The notes under the pieces: generated by a model
What the model saw: only the letters and a program-made list of their open reading frames with translations
What the model was told of the DNA's origin: nothing
Databases searched by the model: none
Shown: positions 10,556 through 23,309 of the stretch, piece by piece
Layout: every line of letters starts with the position of its first letter
Position numbering within the stretch: position 1 is the stretch's first letter
From: Geosiphon pyriformis uo1
Lineage: Eukaryota; Fungi; Glomeromycota
Direction of reading: 5' to 3'
DNA: 64,000 nucleotides
NCBI GenBank assembly: GCA_016748015.1
Contig: JAAOMT010000445.1
Coordinates: forward strand, 372,001 to 436,000
Position numbers and translations under genes: made by a program

Positions 10556-12637
10556 ATGAATACACAAAAATACCAACAATTTCAGCATTATATAAATACT
10601 CAATTGTTCAAGGAAAAATTATCTCAAAAAGAACAAACCAACATAAAACAGCAATCAAAATATTTCATTAATCATCAAAATATACTTTATTAGAAGAACA
10701 GAAGAAATTCAGATCAACCAACTAGAGTAATCACAGAACCAAAAAAAGAAACAATACTATTCAACATGCACTCAGATTCAACAGCAGAACATTTTCATAA
10801 AGAAGCGACCATAAAAAGAACCAGAAAAAGATATTATTGGCCATTAATATATCCAGACATCATCTAATATGTTCAAAATTGTGATGTTTGTCAAAGAAGA
10901 AAAGGAACAAGACCAAGTAAACCATTAAGACCAATCAAAGTGGGACAACCATTTGATCATATTAGAATTGACTTAGTCAGACCATTAACAATCACCAGTA
11001 GAGACAACAGATATATCACAGTAGCCATGGACTATCTCACTAAATGACCAGAAGCAAAAGCCATTGAAAGAGCAAATGCAGAATCTATTGCTGAATTTGT
11101 TTATCAAGATTTGATTTGTTGACATGAATTTTCAAAAGAACTATTATCAGATCAAGGAACCCACTTTGTAAACAGAACATTAGCAGAATTAAGTCAAAGA
11201 TTTGGAATCAAAAAACCATTATTATCACCATACCATCCACAAACAAATGGGTTAGTTGAGAGGTTTAACAGAACATTGTGTGAAGCAATCACCAAGATCA
11301 GTCAAAAAAATCAGGATGAATAGAATTTGTTTATACCATTAGTATTATTTGCTTATTGGACAATAAGACAAGATACTACACAAGCAATACCATTTGAATT
11401 AGTATATGATAGAACAGCAACATTACCAATTGAGATAGAAGTCAAAACTTATCCAACAGAACCAATAATTGAAGACAATTTTTAGGAAATGTTGCTAAGA
11501 AGAACATATGACTTGATAGAAACACTAGAAAACAGACAATGAAAAGCAGCTGACAACATCTAAAAGTTACAAGAAAAGCAAAAAGAACAACACAATAACC
11601 AATGTTACGGGATGGTTTTCTTGTTATATTTAATTGCTAATATTCTGCTTTAATTGCAATCAGTCTTTCGTGAGTTCCTTAATTCTATTTGTGTGATAAT
11701 GTCATTGTTACACTGAAGGCTTTCTTTTTACTGTTGCAATGTAAGTTATTCTTTAATTCTTGATTGTTGTGTGTGTTTATGTACTCCTTCTCAGAGGCTG
11801 AACTGAAATCTACCCACTGTNNNNNNNNNNNNNNNNNNNNNNNNNNNNNNNNNNNNNNNNNNNNNNNNNNNNNNNNNNNNNNNNNNNNNNNNNNNNNNNN
11901 NNNNNNNNNNNNNNNNNNNNNNNNNNNNNNNNNNNNNNNNNNNNNNNNNNNNNNNNNNNNNNNNNNNNNNNNNNNNNNNNNNNNNNNNNNNNNNNNNNNN
12001 NNNNNNNNNNNNNNTTTTATTACTTGATTGATTATTTCCCAATATTAAAACTACTGTATATATACATGTTTGTAGTTCTACGAGAAAATACTTTCTTTTT
12101 GATATTTCAATCTGGTGTTTGCTGCTATCACCAGTTGGTGTTGGCTGCTATTGTGAACTGGTGCTTGCCACTATTGCGAGATAGTGTTTGGTACTATGTT
12201 AATCATTACCTTTCTAAGATTATTACTGTGCTATATTATGATTGAATAGTTTGTATTATTTTTATGATTCTTTTTGCTAAATTCTTAAACCATAACACCA
12301 ACTACCAAATAAACCAGTTGAATTCCAGATTGGAGACAAAGTACTATTACATCATACCAAAGCAAAAAAACAATGGAGTAAAAAATTCAACCCCAAATGG
12401 GACGGACCATTTCACATAGAAGAAATTCTTGGAAATGGAGCTTATAAACTAAGATGGGACAACAAAATCTTAGCCAAAGCAGCATATAGTGATCAACTGA
12501 AACCATATCACCAGATAGCATTATTATCTACCAATAACATTCCACAACTGAAAGTACAAAGAATACTAGTTCAACCAGATAAGATTCCACAAGATCTGGA
12601 ACCAATCATAGTTATTGAACCAAACATGTCAAATTGA
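10556..12637 (+). pseudogene. Stand-alone integrase of element B, interrupted by LTR insertion 11603-12297
   Basis: ATG 10556 (MNTQK); colinear with A 4493-5875 once the insert is removed. Confidence 0.88.
11603..12297 (-). mobile_element. Solo LTR (family F), spanning assembly gap 11821-12014
   Basis: TGTTAC...ATAACA ends; 4-bp TSD CCAA (11599-11602 / 12298-12301); homologous to 46682-47497. Confidence 0.85.
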
Positions 12638-12692
12638 ACAACCAAAAAAATATATAAAAACACAGTACACATGACAAAAGCAACCAAAAAAA

Positions 12693-13328
12693 ATGAAAAT
12701 ACCAGATCATATCCACACTATAGCTTAACAATTGTTCCAGGCCTTAAGTAAACAACAGTTAGACATGGAAATTGTTATTAACAACCAAATAATTTGCTAT
12801 CGGAACACCCAAAGAAAAACAAAAAACACACCATATCAGTGACCACCAAAGAATGATAAAAACTGGTCAAATAACATAATAAGAAAAATAAAAAACACTT
12901 TTGGGAAAATATCTATTATGGCACTAACAGAAGAACTTACAAAAGAGAATTAGAAGCAATGGGCAGAACAACTTCCAATATCATATTGTTACTACCAGTT
13001 AGGTCAAAAGTTGAATATTCAAGAATTGTATATTGACAAATCCAAGAGAATATTTAACCAAAACATAATACAGCAAATTGAAGAATTTATTGGAAAAAAA
13101 ACAAACTCAACACTACATGTGAGAACAATTTATCGACTGCACAACATATTTCAGAACTATCCAAAAATACTGTTACACTCTAATATGGAAACCATAATCA
13201 TTAATCAATAGGAAAGAATAAACAATGTACAAATAGAAGACATGAAAAATAAAGTCAAACAAACAATACTAAAAAAAGAAGTATTAGAGCTAATTCAGAA
13301 TGAAGATTTCAATAGAGCTTAATATTAA
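12693..13328 (+). pseudogene. Accessory ORF of element B
   Basis: Same length (636 nt) as and colinear with A 5931-6566; ends DFNRA(Q)Y* at the PPT. Confidence 0.8.
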
Positions 13329-13342
13329 AAAGAAGGAGATAA

Positions 13343-14206
13343 TGTTACTCATAAAAAGAAAACAAATATAGGGAAATAGTAGACCAATAAGTGAATAGTA
13401 TGTAGTATGTAAGCACATTGCTCAGCAATATAAAGCAATAACAGAAATCATGGCACATTGCTTAGCAATGTAGAGCAATATCAGAAAACATGACACATTG
13501 CTCAGCAATATGGAGCAATGTTAGAAAATTAGGGCACATTGCTCAAGAAATCATAGCACATCACTCGGGAATATGAGCAATCTCATAGAACATTAATTAT
13601 GTCTATATAGCAGTAGTGATAAAAGTAGAAAGGGCAGAATTCTTTAGTTAGAAATCTTCTATCCACAAATATCAAATAAATAAATCATTTACCATTCAAA
13701 TCCACTCTTCATTATCAACACTTTATGTTAATAGTAATTGATACTTAACCATACTGGAACAATAGCTCTTGATCATGACTATTGATGGATACTAACTTGT
13801 GTATTGTCTTGGCTTATTTCTTTATTTTTCTTTTATTTTTCTTTTCTTGATTTTATTGTTGTATATTAACTAATTAAGGATTAAAAGCGCTGAGTAATTG
13901 ACGTCATGAATAGCCTGGTAAAAAACCCAGAAATAAGGATAAAATTATATATATATTAACAGATAGCTTACCAGAAGGGCACGAATGCCAAAATAAACCA
14001 GCCACCAAGCTAAAGACAAAAATTGGGAACACAACTTACCAACCAACTACCTTGTCATTGAATTTCTGTCTATTATACAAAGAACTCAACTCTAAAAAAC
14101 CTTCAGATATAACCAACATACCAATAACACCAGTATTGTTAAGATATTGAACACCAAGTTACAGATTTGTTATTTGATTTGAGACCCCAAATAATCATCT
14201 GTAATA
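13343..14206 (+). repeat. 3' LTR of element B
   Basis: TGTTAC...GTAATA; PPT AAAAAGAAGGAGA upstream; U3 has one more repeat unit than A. Confidence 0.92.
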
Positions 14207-14592
14207 TCACCTTTAGGGATAATGTTTGGATGGTTCATGCTAAACATTGTACCTATATGGAGAAAACTGGATTGATTCTATTGAATGGTTTGGTTTTTGT
14301 GTTGATTTTTGGTTTGGCATTAAGGTTTTCTACTGGTGTAATCAAATTGCTTGGCATTACCAAAGCTTTTGGTGTTCATTTTGGGTTCTGTAAATCTTGT
14401 TCATTTTTCTCAGATATAAGTAATTCAGTCTCGATTTATATAGCTGCATAGTGTTGTTCTGATCAGCCCAAGTGACTGGTCACATGTAGAAAGTGCATAA
14501 TTTATGCCTAGTTTAGATCATTTCTTTGATGTACAGCATTAGGTAGTGTTTGGATCTCACTCATTAAATAATAATAATAATAATAATAATAA
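14207..14592 (+). mobile_element. LINE 3' end (ORF2 C-terminus, 3' UTR, (TAA)n tail)
   Basis: FRDNVWMVHAKHCTYMEK...IAA* is homologous to the end of ORF 17607-18410; conserved 3' UTR; (TAA)n tail ~14568-14590. Confidence 0.88.
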
Positions 14593-14929
14593 AATAAATA
14601 TTTTAATTTTATAAAAAACTTATACTTAATTTTTTGTGTTAAATAAATTTGTTAAACAGTTTAAATTTGATTTACTAAATAATAATAAAATTTTTAATCT
14701 ATTTTTTTAAGTTTTTTGCATTTAATATTAATATTTTAATAATTATTAAAAAAAATTACAAAATAAATTAAACTTTATTAAAAAGCTTTTACTTTTTTAA
14801 AATTTTAAAAAATTATTTAATTAATATTTATTTTTAAATTAAGTTTGAACAAAGTTAAAAAATTGGCAATAAAAACAAAAAATTATTGTTAATATTAATT
14901 TAAAAAAAGTTAATACACATATAAATTAA

Positions 14930-15108
14930 TAGGGATGTGGTTTTAATTTGTATAGATGCTTAGTGTTGTCCTAATTGGCTCAAGTGGCTGGTTATGTGTA
15001 GAAAAAACATGATTTACACCTAGTTTAGATTAATTATTTGATGTATTATACTAGATAGTGTTTGGATCTCACTCGTTAAACATAAAAAAAATAAAAAAAA
15101 ATAAAAAT
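14930..15108 (+). mobile_element. LINE 3' UTR and A-rich tail (upstream part decayed)
   Basis: TAGTGTTGTCCTAATTGGCTCAAGTGGCTGG...GGATCTCACTCGTTAAA plus A-rich tail matches 18408-18548. Confidence 0.8.
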
Positions 15109-15295
15109 ATAATAATTAAAAAAATTTTAGTTGATCTTTTTAAGTTAATTATAAAATTAGCTTTTTTTAAGTTAGATAAAATATTGTTAATTAAGTTATA
15201 ATTTATTAATTTATAACAAAAAATTTTATTAATTAAAAAATCACAAAGTTTATAATATTTGAATAATTTATTTTAATTAAAAAAATTTAATATGT

Positions 15296-16150
15296 TGTTA
15301 TAAGTGATTATTTAGATATTAGAATAAATAATAAATTTGTAATTTAGTATTCAATGGCTAATTTTAATATTGATTCCTGAAGATTTTGGAATCTGAAAAT
15401 TTTGATTGAATTTTTTATATAATAAACAAAAATTTAATTAATGGTTTTTTTTCAAATTTTTTTTTTATATAAAGACTAATTTAATTTAACAATCATGTTT
15501 TTCTGGTAAACTATTCTTTATTTCAAGTTTTTATACTTGTTTTATAGATTTTTTACTAAGTTATCTTTGATGTTAATATCTTAGTATTTAATCTCTTAAT
15601 TAATTAATAAATAACAAAAAAAGCAAAAAAATAAAAAATAAAAAAAAATAAAAAAAAGTAAGAAAAAAAATAAAAAATTAATATTTTGTTAATAATTATA
15701 ATTAAAAACTATTGTTTTAATGTGATTTAAGTATTAAATATTATTAATATTAGTTGCAAATAGTATTAAATAATAAAAAATTTAATTCAATAATAATAAT
15801 AACAGAAATTAAATTATAAAATAATGATTTTATTTGATATTTAAATAATTTTACTTTAAGATATAGAAAACTAACTTTTAAAAAAAAAAAAAATTTTTAA
15901 ATACTTATTGCTAATTATTAGTTATTAAAAACTTGTTTATCTTTTCTTATTTTTAATGTTATTACTATATATATATTTTATATTCTGTTAAATAATATTA
16001 TTGTTTATATTTTTTAATATTTTAATATTTTAAAATAAAAAATTATGTATAATTAATTATAATTTAAAATTTTATATTATTTGAAATATATATTAATATA
16101 AATTTTAAAATTTTCAAAAGTTTTTGTTTATATAATTTTAGTTTTTAAAA
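15296..16150 (-). mobile_element. Heavily decayed LTR of the A/E group, reverse orientation (right end approximate)
   Basis: 15296-15360, 15490-15680 and ~15940-15975 are reverse-complement matches to U5, R and TATA of the A/E LTRs. Confidence 0.55.
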
Positions 16151-17224
16151 ATACAAATTTGCATTAAATTATTATAATATGTTTTAATTTTAATATTGTT
16201 TTATTGCTATTTTTGTTAATTTTTATAGATTTATATGTATTTTAGTTAATAATAATATCTTAATTAACTTAAGTAGCTGGTTATATATAAAAAAACATAA
16301 GTTTATTTATTTTAAAATCAAAAATAATTAAAATATAATAAAAAAGTTTTAAATATTATTTTTATAGTAATTAATAAATTTTCAACAAAAAAAAGTCTTT
16401 TTATTATTAAAACAACTAAACAAAATGTTTTAATAATATTTTTTTTTAAATATTAATAATAAAAAACTATCTTTAATAATTTTTAAAACATTTTTTATCT
16501 TTGACTAATGGTTTTATTAGTCAAAGTTTTTTTTAAAATACATATTAAAATTAGTTTTAATATTGTTTTTATTCTTTTTAAAAGTCATAAAGTTTTTAAT
16601 AATAGATTAGTTAACAAGCTGGTTTTTTCTATTTTTATTATTATTATTACTATTATTATTTTATAAATAGTTAAAAAGATTAAAGACTTCAAAAAACAGT
16701 AATAATTACTTATATTTGTTGTTATTATATTAAATCTCTTTATAATTTCAAATAAAATCTTAAATAAATTTTTTTAGCAGTATTTAATTTTTTTTAATAT
16801 AAATAATAACAATTATAACATATTTTTTAAGATAAACCAAAATTAATTACTGGTTATATTATTAAATATGATGTTTTTTAACAGATTTTTACTAATTTCT
16901 AAAACAAAACAATTTATTAAGTTATTTAATCTCAAAAATTAGATTAATTAAATAAACTAAATTATTATTATTTTTTGTTTTTTTGGTATTGTTTTTGGTA
17001 ATATTTGAAAAACAAATTTTAATTATTAAAAATTTTTTAAGTAAGTTGTTTTTATATTAGTTTTTAATACTATATTTAAAATTAAATTGGTATTGATTAG
17101 TTTTTTGTTTAAGTTACTATTTGATTTTATTAGATTTAAGTTAATTTTAAAAAACAATATAAAATTGTTTTATATAAACTTTGTTTTTAAGTTTTTTTTA
17201 TTGCTATTACCAAAATTGCTGTTG

Positions 17225-17621
17225 ATATTAACAAAAATTTGAGTTATTAATTAACATAAAATTATTTTTATAATTTTATCATTAATTAACATATATTATT
17301 ATTTTAAATTATTACTTATTATTACATTAAATTATTTAAATTATTATTTAATTAATAACTTAATTTGTGTAAAATACAAATATAATTAAATTGTAATAAT
17401 TAGATTATATAATATTTCAAATTATAAATTTGCTAAAATAATTAAATTTTGACAAAATATTTAACAACTTACTAAAATAATTAATAATTTACAGAAATAA
17501 CTTATAATTTAACAAAATATATTTTTAGTTTATTAGAATATTAAAAAAAAATACTAGATTATAAAATAATATTATAATAAATTATATAAAAAAAGAGTTT
17601 TTTTTTTTGAGAAAATATATT
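17225..17621 (+). mobile_element. Decayed 5' part of a C-family LTR, truncated by LINE insertion
   Basis: Aligns with 26928-27295 and 35831-36215. Confidence 0.65.
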
Positions 17622-18547
17622 TTTTGGTCAATTCATCGTGCACATTGGGAAATCAGTTGTAGTATGGGGGTGGTGACAGATAGTCTGCATACAGATATTG
17701 ATTGGTTTAGGTTGTCGCTGGTTTGGCATCCAGATTTTCACATGGCTGCTGGCTTCACTAGCAAGCGAACTGCTGGTTTCTGGACTTATTTTATAAAAGC
17801 ATTGCACCATTGGCTCTCTGTTGCCATGTGTAAGTGGCTTTATGATAAGCACTACCCCAGTGTGGTGTGTTTGTTTTGCAGTGATGTCGAGGTTTCAGAC
17901 CATGTGTTTTCTTGTTCATTTGATGCCAATGGTCGTGCTCAGTTGTTAGACGCTCATGCGGCAGTTTGGGATGTGTACTCCGGTTTGGATCATTTTTCCT
18001 CAGGTGTCTCACAGCTGATGTCTACTTGTGTATCTGACATTTCAGTTAGTACTGCTCTATGCAAAGGTTTTGTTTTTAAGAATTGGTTTTGTGAGTCTGT
18101 TTCTGTCTTTAAGGATTCCAGAATAGCAGGTCAGAATATTGTGGCCTTTGTGCATGAGTTTAGTTTGGCTTTTTGGAAAAATATTTGGTTGGTTCGTGCC
18201 AAGCACCGTGCTTTTATGGAAAAGAATGGGCTTATTCTGTGCGATGGGTCAGTTCTTGTCTCGATTTCTGGGCTTTCTTTAGGGCTGTCATCTAATGTGA
18301 CTTGGCTGCTGGGTGTTGTTGAGGCGATTGATATTGGTTTTGGATTCTGTAAGTTTTGTTTGTTTTTTTTAGGCACAGAAGGTGAGGTTTCTGTTTATAT
18401 AAGTGCTTAGTGTTGTCCTGATTGGTCCGAGTGGCTGGTCACGTGTAGATAAAACATGATTCACACTTAGTTTAGATCATTTGTATAATGTATTGTACTA
18501 GGCAGTATTTGGATTTCACTCATTAAATGTTAATAAAAAAAAAAAAC
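17622..18547 (+). mobile_element. 5'-truncated LINE copy: ORF2 C-terminal zinc-finger region, 3' UTR, poly(A)
   Basis: Open frame to TAG 18410 with VWHPD..., CLFC...DHVFSC (CCHC); UTR 18411-18530; A tail. The first codons of the tracked ORF (17607) come from the flanking LTR. Confidence 0.9.
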
Positions 18548-20609
18548 TAAGCTAAATTAAACTTATAAAAATAAACTTATTTAAAACAAATATTTTATAC
18601 ATAATTATAATTAAATTATTGTTAATAAAAACCAAATTAGCTAATTATATAACAATATTATTTGTATTAAATTTAATATAAAAATTTGTTCTAATAAAAT
18701 AAGATTCAAAAATTTTAAAATTAACAATAAACTTAAATAAAAACTTTAAAAAAAAAGTAAATATTTTGCAATTAAAAACCAAATAATTTAAAACTTAATA
18801 CTTAAAACAATATTAATATTTAAAAATTTTTTATTAAATATAAAATTTTTTTAATATATTAGTTTTAATAATAATAGTATTTAAATTAATCTTTAATTAA
18901 AAAATAACACTTGCATATTTTAAGCACTAATTAAATTTAATAGTATAAAAAATAAAACAAGTTTAATATTTACTTAAAAACTATATAGTTAAAAAAAAAT
19001 AACCAATTTGGTTTTAAAAATATTATATAAAATAATAACTTATCTTTAATTAAGCACAGAAAAAATTTTAATATTATTTTTTTATTAAAACTAATTAGCA
19101 AGTAAAAATAATTATAACAGCAATATAAGTTTTAAAATAAACAATAGCATATTATTAAATATTAGTAAATTTCAATTTAACATCAAAAATTTTACCAAAA
19201 ACACTAAGAATATTTTTAAAATTATTAATTAATGCATTTTTAAAAACATTTTTAAAAACATTTTATAAAACAATAACAATAAAAAAAATTAAATTCAAAA
19301 ACTACCAAAAACTTAGCAATTTTAAAAATGTAAAAAAATTTAACAAGTTTAACTTGTAAAACAATATTTAAAAAAACTAAATTACAAATTTTATATAGAA
19401 TAGTTTAATATTATTTTTAAAACCCAATTTTATATTAATAAAACTATATACAAACTAAAAAACAGTCTTAATATAAGCCAATTTAATTTTGAAAAATATA
19501 TTGAATATTAAAGAAAAACAATAATTAATTAAAGACCAACATATTAAATAACACAATCAAAAATTAATCCAAAACAAAATAGACTAATATTTTTTTATTG
19601 TTATTGTTTAAAACAAACAGCCAATTGCTGTTTATAATTATAAAGTAAAGCACTATAATTATTGTTAATATTACGAAACTAAAAAAAAACAGAAAAAATT
19701 AATGCTTTGGGTTTTTACAAAAGAAAAAATGGCTTTAAAACATAAAAATTAACACTAAAAACACCAAAAAAAAAATTTTTTACCATTTTAAAAGAGTTGT
19801 TATTAAATATAACAAAGATTTAAAAAGATTGCTTTTTGGTTGATTTGGCTTTTCTAGCTATTTAGACAATAGTAAAAAAAGAAAAGAAAAAGAAAGTAAT
19901 TTAATTATTGGCTTCTTATTAAATAATTTGAAGCTTTTGAAAAAAACAGAGACCACATCAAAATTACTTCAAATAAGTCTTTTTAAAAAAACTTTTAATT
20001 AAAGACAAAAATAGTGCTCTAAAACCAGTAAAAAATTGATTTATAACAACTTTATTTAAGAGTAGTGTTTCCACAGTGTGTTATTAAGTGGTCTTAATAG
20101 TTGCAAGTACTTTACTGATAAAAATACTACTAGTTGCTTCAGGAAAATAAAGAGGGTGCAAATTTTTTACTCTTTGCTCCAGTTGTGGTCATAACAATAT
20201 GAGAGAAAAAGAGTTTTTAATTAGTAATCAATAATTTTTTAAAATAAACTAATTAATAAATAATTATTAAAAATAATCGCTGATACTATCACTAACTCTC
20301 TGTATGGCAAAGCAAAAATAGGATCTCGAGCAACCAAAAGCAAAAAGAGGATCTCTTACTATTGATGTGCTACAATCGATAATGATATTTATTGATCGAG
20401 GATTTCCCTATCTAGTGCCACGATAGATAGAAACTTTTTATTTCCGCATGATGATTTCATATGTACATCATATTTGCTTAGAAATCCCAATATCACTGAT
20501 CAAATTTAACATAAATAGAACAGTTATAAATTTTTTTCCATTCAAAACCTACTGGACTTTTTTTAAGCTTTTTTAATTAAAAACTCTAAAACCCTTTTTA
20601 AAATAGAAA

Positions 20610-21352
20610 ATGGCTTTCGGGAACGATGATTCAACACTACAGTTTGCTACCGTGTTCATAATGTTCTTATTATGGTTCTTAACACTAATACCAGTTCGTA
20701 TAGCGCAGTCACGCATGCAGGATGGCTTGGATAATGCAAACCCGAGAGACCAGTATCGAAAATTGGTAAGTGGGAATAAAAGATCTGTTTTTTAAATTTA
20801 GAAGTAGAATATTTAAAGATGAAAGAATTTTTAAGATTGTATTTTTTTTGGATAATGGCCAAATGTAAATTATAAACAATTTAAACAATCTAAACTCTAT
20901 GAAAAAGTTCTACTTTTTTCTAGATAGTTAATTCCTTTTTATCTCTTTTCTGACTTGTCCTATTTATTTTTTCTAAAAGCCAGCCTGGGGTCAACGCGCA
21001 GTAGCCGTAACAAATAATACCTTTGAAGCATTCTGTTTCTTCTCTGTTGCTGTATTCACACATGCTTTTTCGGGGCCGCGAAGCATGAGTGTTGTTCATG
21101 CTGTAGATGCATTTTGTATCTTGTTCATTGTGATAAGAGTGGTAAGTGATGATAGAAATGAAAATGATATTTTATTATATTAGGAAAACGGGAAGTTTAA
21201 TTCTATTAATATTTTAATTAATTGCATATATATTTTATTCTCTATAGATATACCCATTCTTCTACTATTATAATCTCCCGACATTAAGAAGTTCGGTATG
21301 GTCAACTGGGATGTTGTGTATTTTTGCAATATTTCTCTTAGCTTTTATATAA
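20610..21352 (+). CDS. MAPEG-family membrane protein, 140 aa, 3 exons (20610-20765, 20980-21141, 21248-21352)
   Basis: Two GTAAGT...AG phase-0 introns; the spliced ORF is intact: MAFGNDDSTLQFATVFIMFLLWFLTLIPVRIAQSRMQDGLDNANPRDQYRKL|PAWGQRAVAVTNNTFEAFCFFSVAVF...LFIVIRV|IYPFFYYYNLPTLRSSVWSTGMLCIFAIFLLAFI*. MAPEG motifs DNxNPR, RA..N..E, R..Y..Y and LRS..W; about four hydrophobic helices. Confidence 0.9.
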
Positions 21353-23309
21353 TTCTAACGGAGATTAAGGCTATATAACTGGTTTACTTTTATAATAATT
21401 TCGTATTAGAACATATTAATAACAAGGTGTTTTTTAATTAGCAGTTATTCTACATTAAATTAAATAAATTGAAATATTTGTAAAAGCTTATTTAAATGAA
21501 ATGTTTTTATATAATTAATAGTCTATTAGGTAAGATCGTCAAATTCAATATGCGAATACATTTATAGGAAATAATCATCAAAAAGTGTAATTGGTCGAGA
21601 ATTCGTCTTAACAGATTTAACAGTTATAGTGTAAGTTTCAATTTTATAATTGTAATCAATTAAACTGAATTTGTTTTTTAAATTATTTTTGCATATGTTA
21701 AAAAATTTAAAAAAATATTGTATTTACTAATAAAATTGTTTAAGTTAAAATACAATATAAACTGAGCTTATAATTATTGGTTTATTTAATTAAAAAATTT
21801 GTTTAATAATAATAATAATTAGAAAAGTAAAAAAAACTTTTTTTCTTTCAGTAAAAGTTTTTTTCAAACAATTAACTAAGATTAGTTTTAATGTAATTAT
21901 TATTATTATAAAAAGTTCAAAAACTTTTAACAACAAATTAATAGCAAAATTATCTTACTTTTTTTCTTTAAAGTTTGTTTTTTATAAAAAAATAAAATAT
22001 TAATTTTATTTAGTTTTTTTGATATTATACCAACTTTATTACAACTATACAATTATAATATTTAATTTAAATTTAGTTATAAACAATAAATTTTTTTTTA
22101 TTTAAATAATAACAATATTAATATATTTATTAAAACTGGTTTTGATTAAAATATAATTAAATTACTTAATATATTAAGTTTTAGTTAATTTTTACTGGTT
22201 TTAAAAACAAAGCAAATTATATTTTTATATATATTTTAATTAACTAATTAGATTATTTATAATAATTATTTAATATTAAAAATTAGTAAAATTAAATAAA
22301 AAAAACTCTTTATTTTGTTAATTTTCTGATTATAATAAAAACATAAAATTGTCAAAAAAATAGCTTTTTCTATTCTTTTTTACTTTAAGTTATTTTTTTT
22401 AATCTACTTCTTTTTGTTGTAATAAAACTGACAAGCTTGTCTATTAGTGGTTTAGATTCTGATTTGGCTGGTTTGAAGATCTGCTTAAGCACAAAAAAAA
22501 AGTATATAGAAAGTGTCTACTCTTGCAATATATTTTACAAAAAACTGAAAAAACCTAAAGCTAATAGTGTTATAGTTGACTTTTTTGCTGACTTTATAAG
22601 TTTAAAAGATATTAAAAGCTCTGATGTTAAATCTGTAGTGTTTTGAAAAAGTAATATTAATAATATTACAAATAGTATTAGTAATCTTTTAGATATAGAG
22701 AATATAAAAAACATAATTGTAGAGAAAACCAGTTATGTAAATTTTAATACTTTTGTAAGCATTGAAAATATAAATAAAACTATGCCAAAAAAAACTTACA
22801 TTTGAACATATATATTAGGTTATCTATTAAAAGCTTTAATATTTGATAATATAAATAATAATAATAATGTTTTGGTTCTTTTATTTTCCAAGTTTGCTGG
22901 TTTTAAGTAGCTTTTTTTAGTCAAATTACATGTTCTGAAAAAGTGAAGTTTTGAGCCTATTAAATTTTTTGTATTAAACATCAAATTATTTACTATATTT
23001 AACAAAACCAATAGTAATAAATTAATTACAATTAAAAAAATTTTCTATTGTATTAATAGTTTTAAAAGAATGTTTACTTCTTTAAAATTTTCAGAGATTA
23101 TTAAGTCATCTTTCATACTTAAATTAAGTTTAAAAAAGACTAGGAAATTGGCTGTTAGTGAGAAAATTTTGGTTAATGTTGATGTTAAAAAAACAAACAG
23201 TCATATAAATTGAAAAGTAATTGTTAAAAAAATTCCAATTGATTTTTCCAAATTAGCTGTGAAGTCAGTGTTTTTTAAATTTGATAAGATTGTTTCAATT
23301 AAAATACAG

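Larger units (their letters stand above)
7383..14206 (+). mobile_element. Ty3/Gypsy element B (3' portion, same family as A), inserted into a LINE 3' end
   Basis: Starts in the post-protease region, then Cys block, dUTPase 8406-8825, RT, RNase H (stop 10525), integrase, accessory ORF, PPT and LTR 13343-14206. LINE sequence follows directly. Confidence 0.93.

Noticed and set aside
11764-12042. ORFs spanning the N run
   Set aside because: Artefacts of the assembly gap 11821-12014.
18411-18470. Hammerhead ribozyme in the LINE 3' UTR
   Set aside because: CTGAT is followed by TG/CA rather than GA in all copies, and the stems do not match hammerhead topology.
18550-19800. Reverse-strand LINE ORF1 remnant
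   Set aside because: Only faint motif traces; too decayed to delimit by eye.
20610-20795. 61-aa single-exon ORF from the track
   Set aside because: It is exon 1 of the MAPEG gene reading into intron 1 (donor GTAAGT at 20766).
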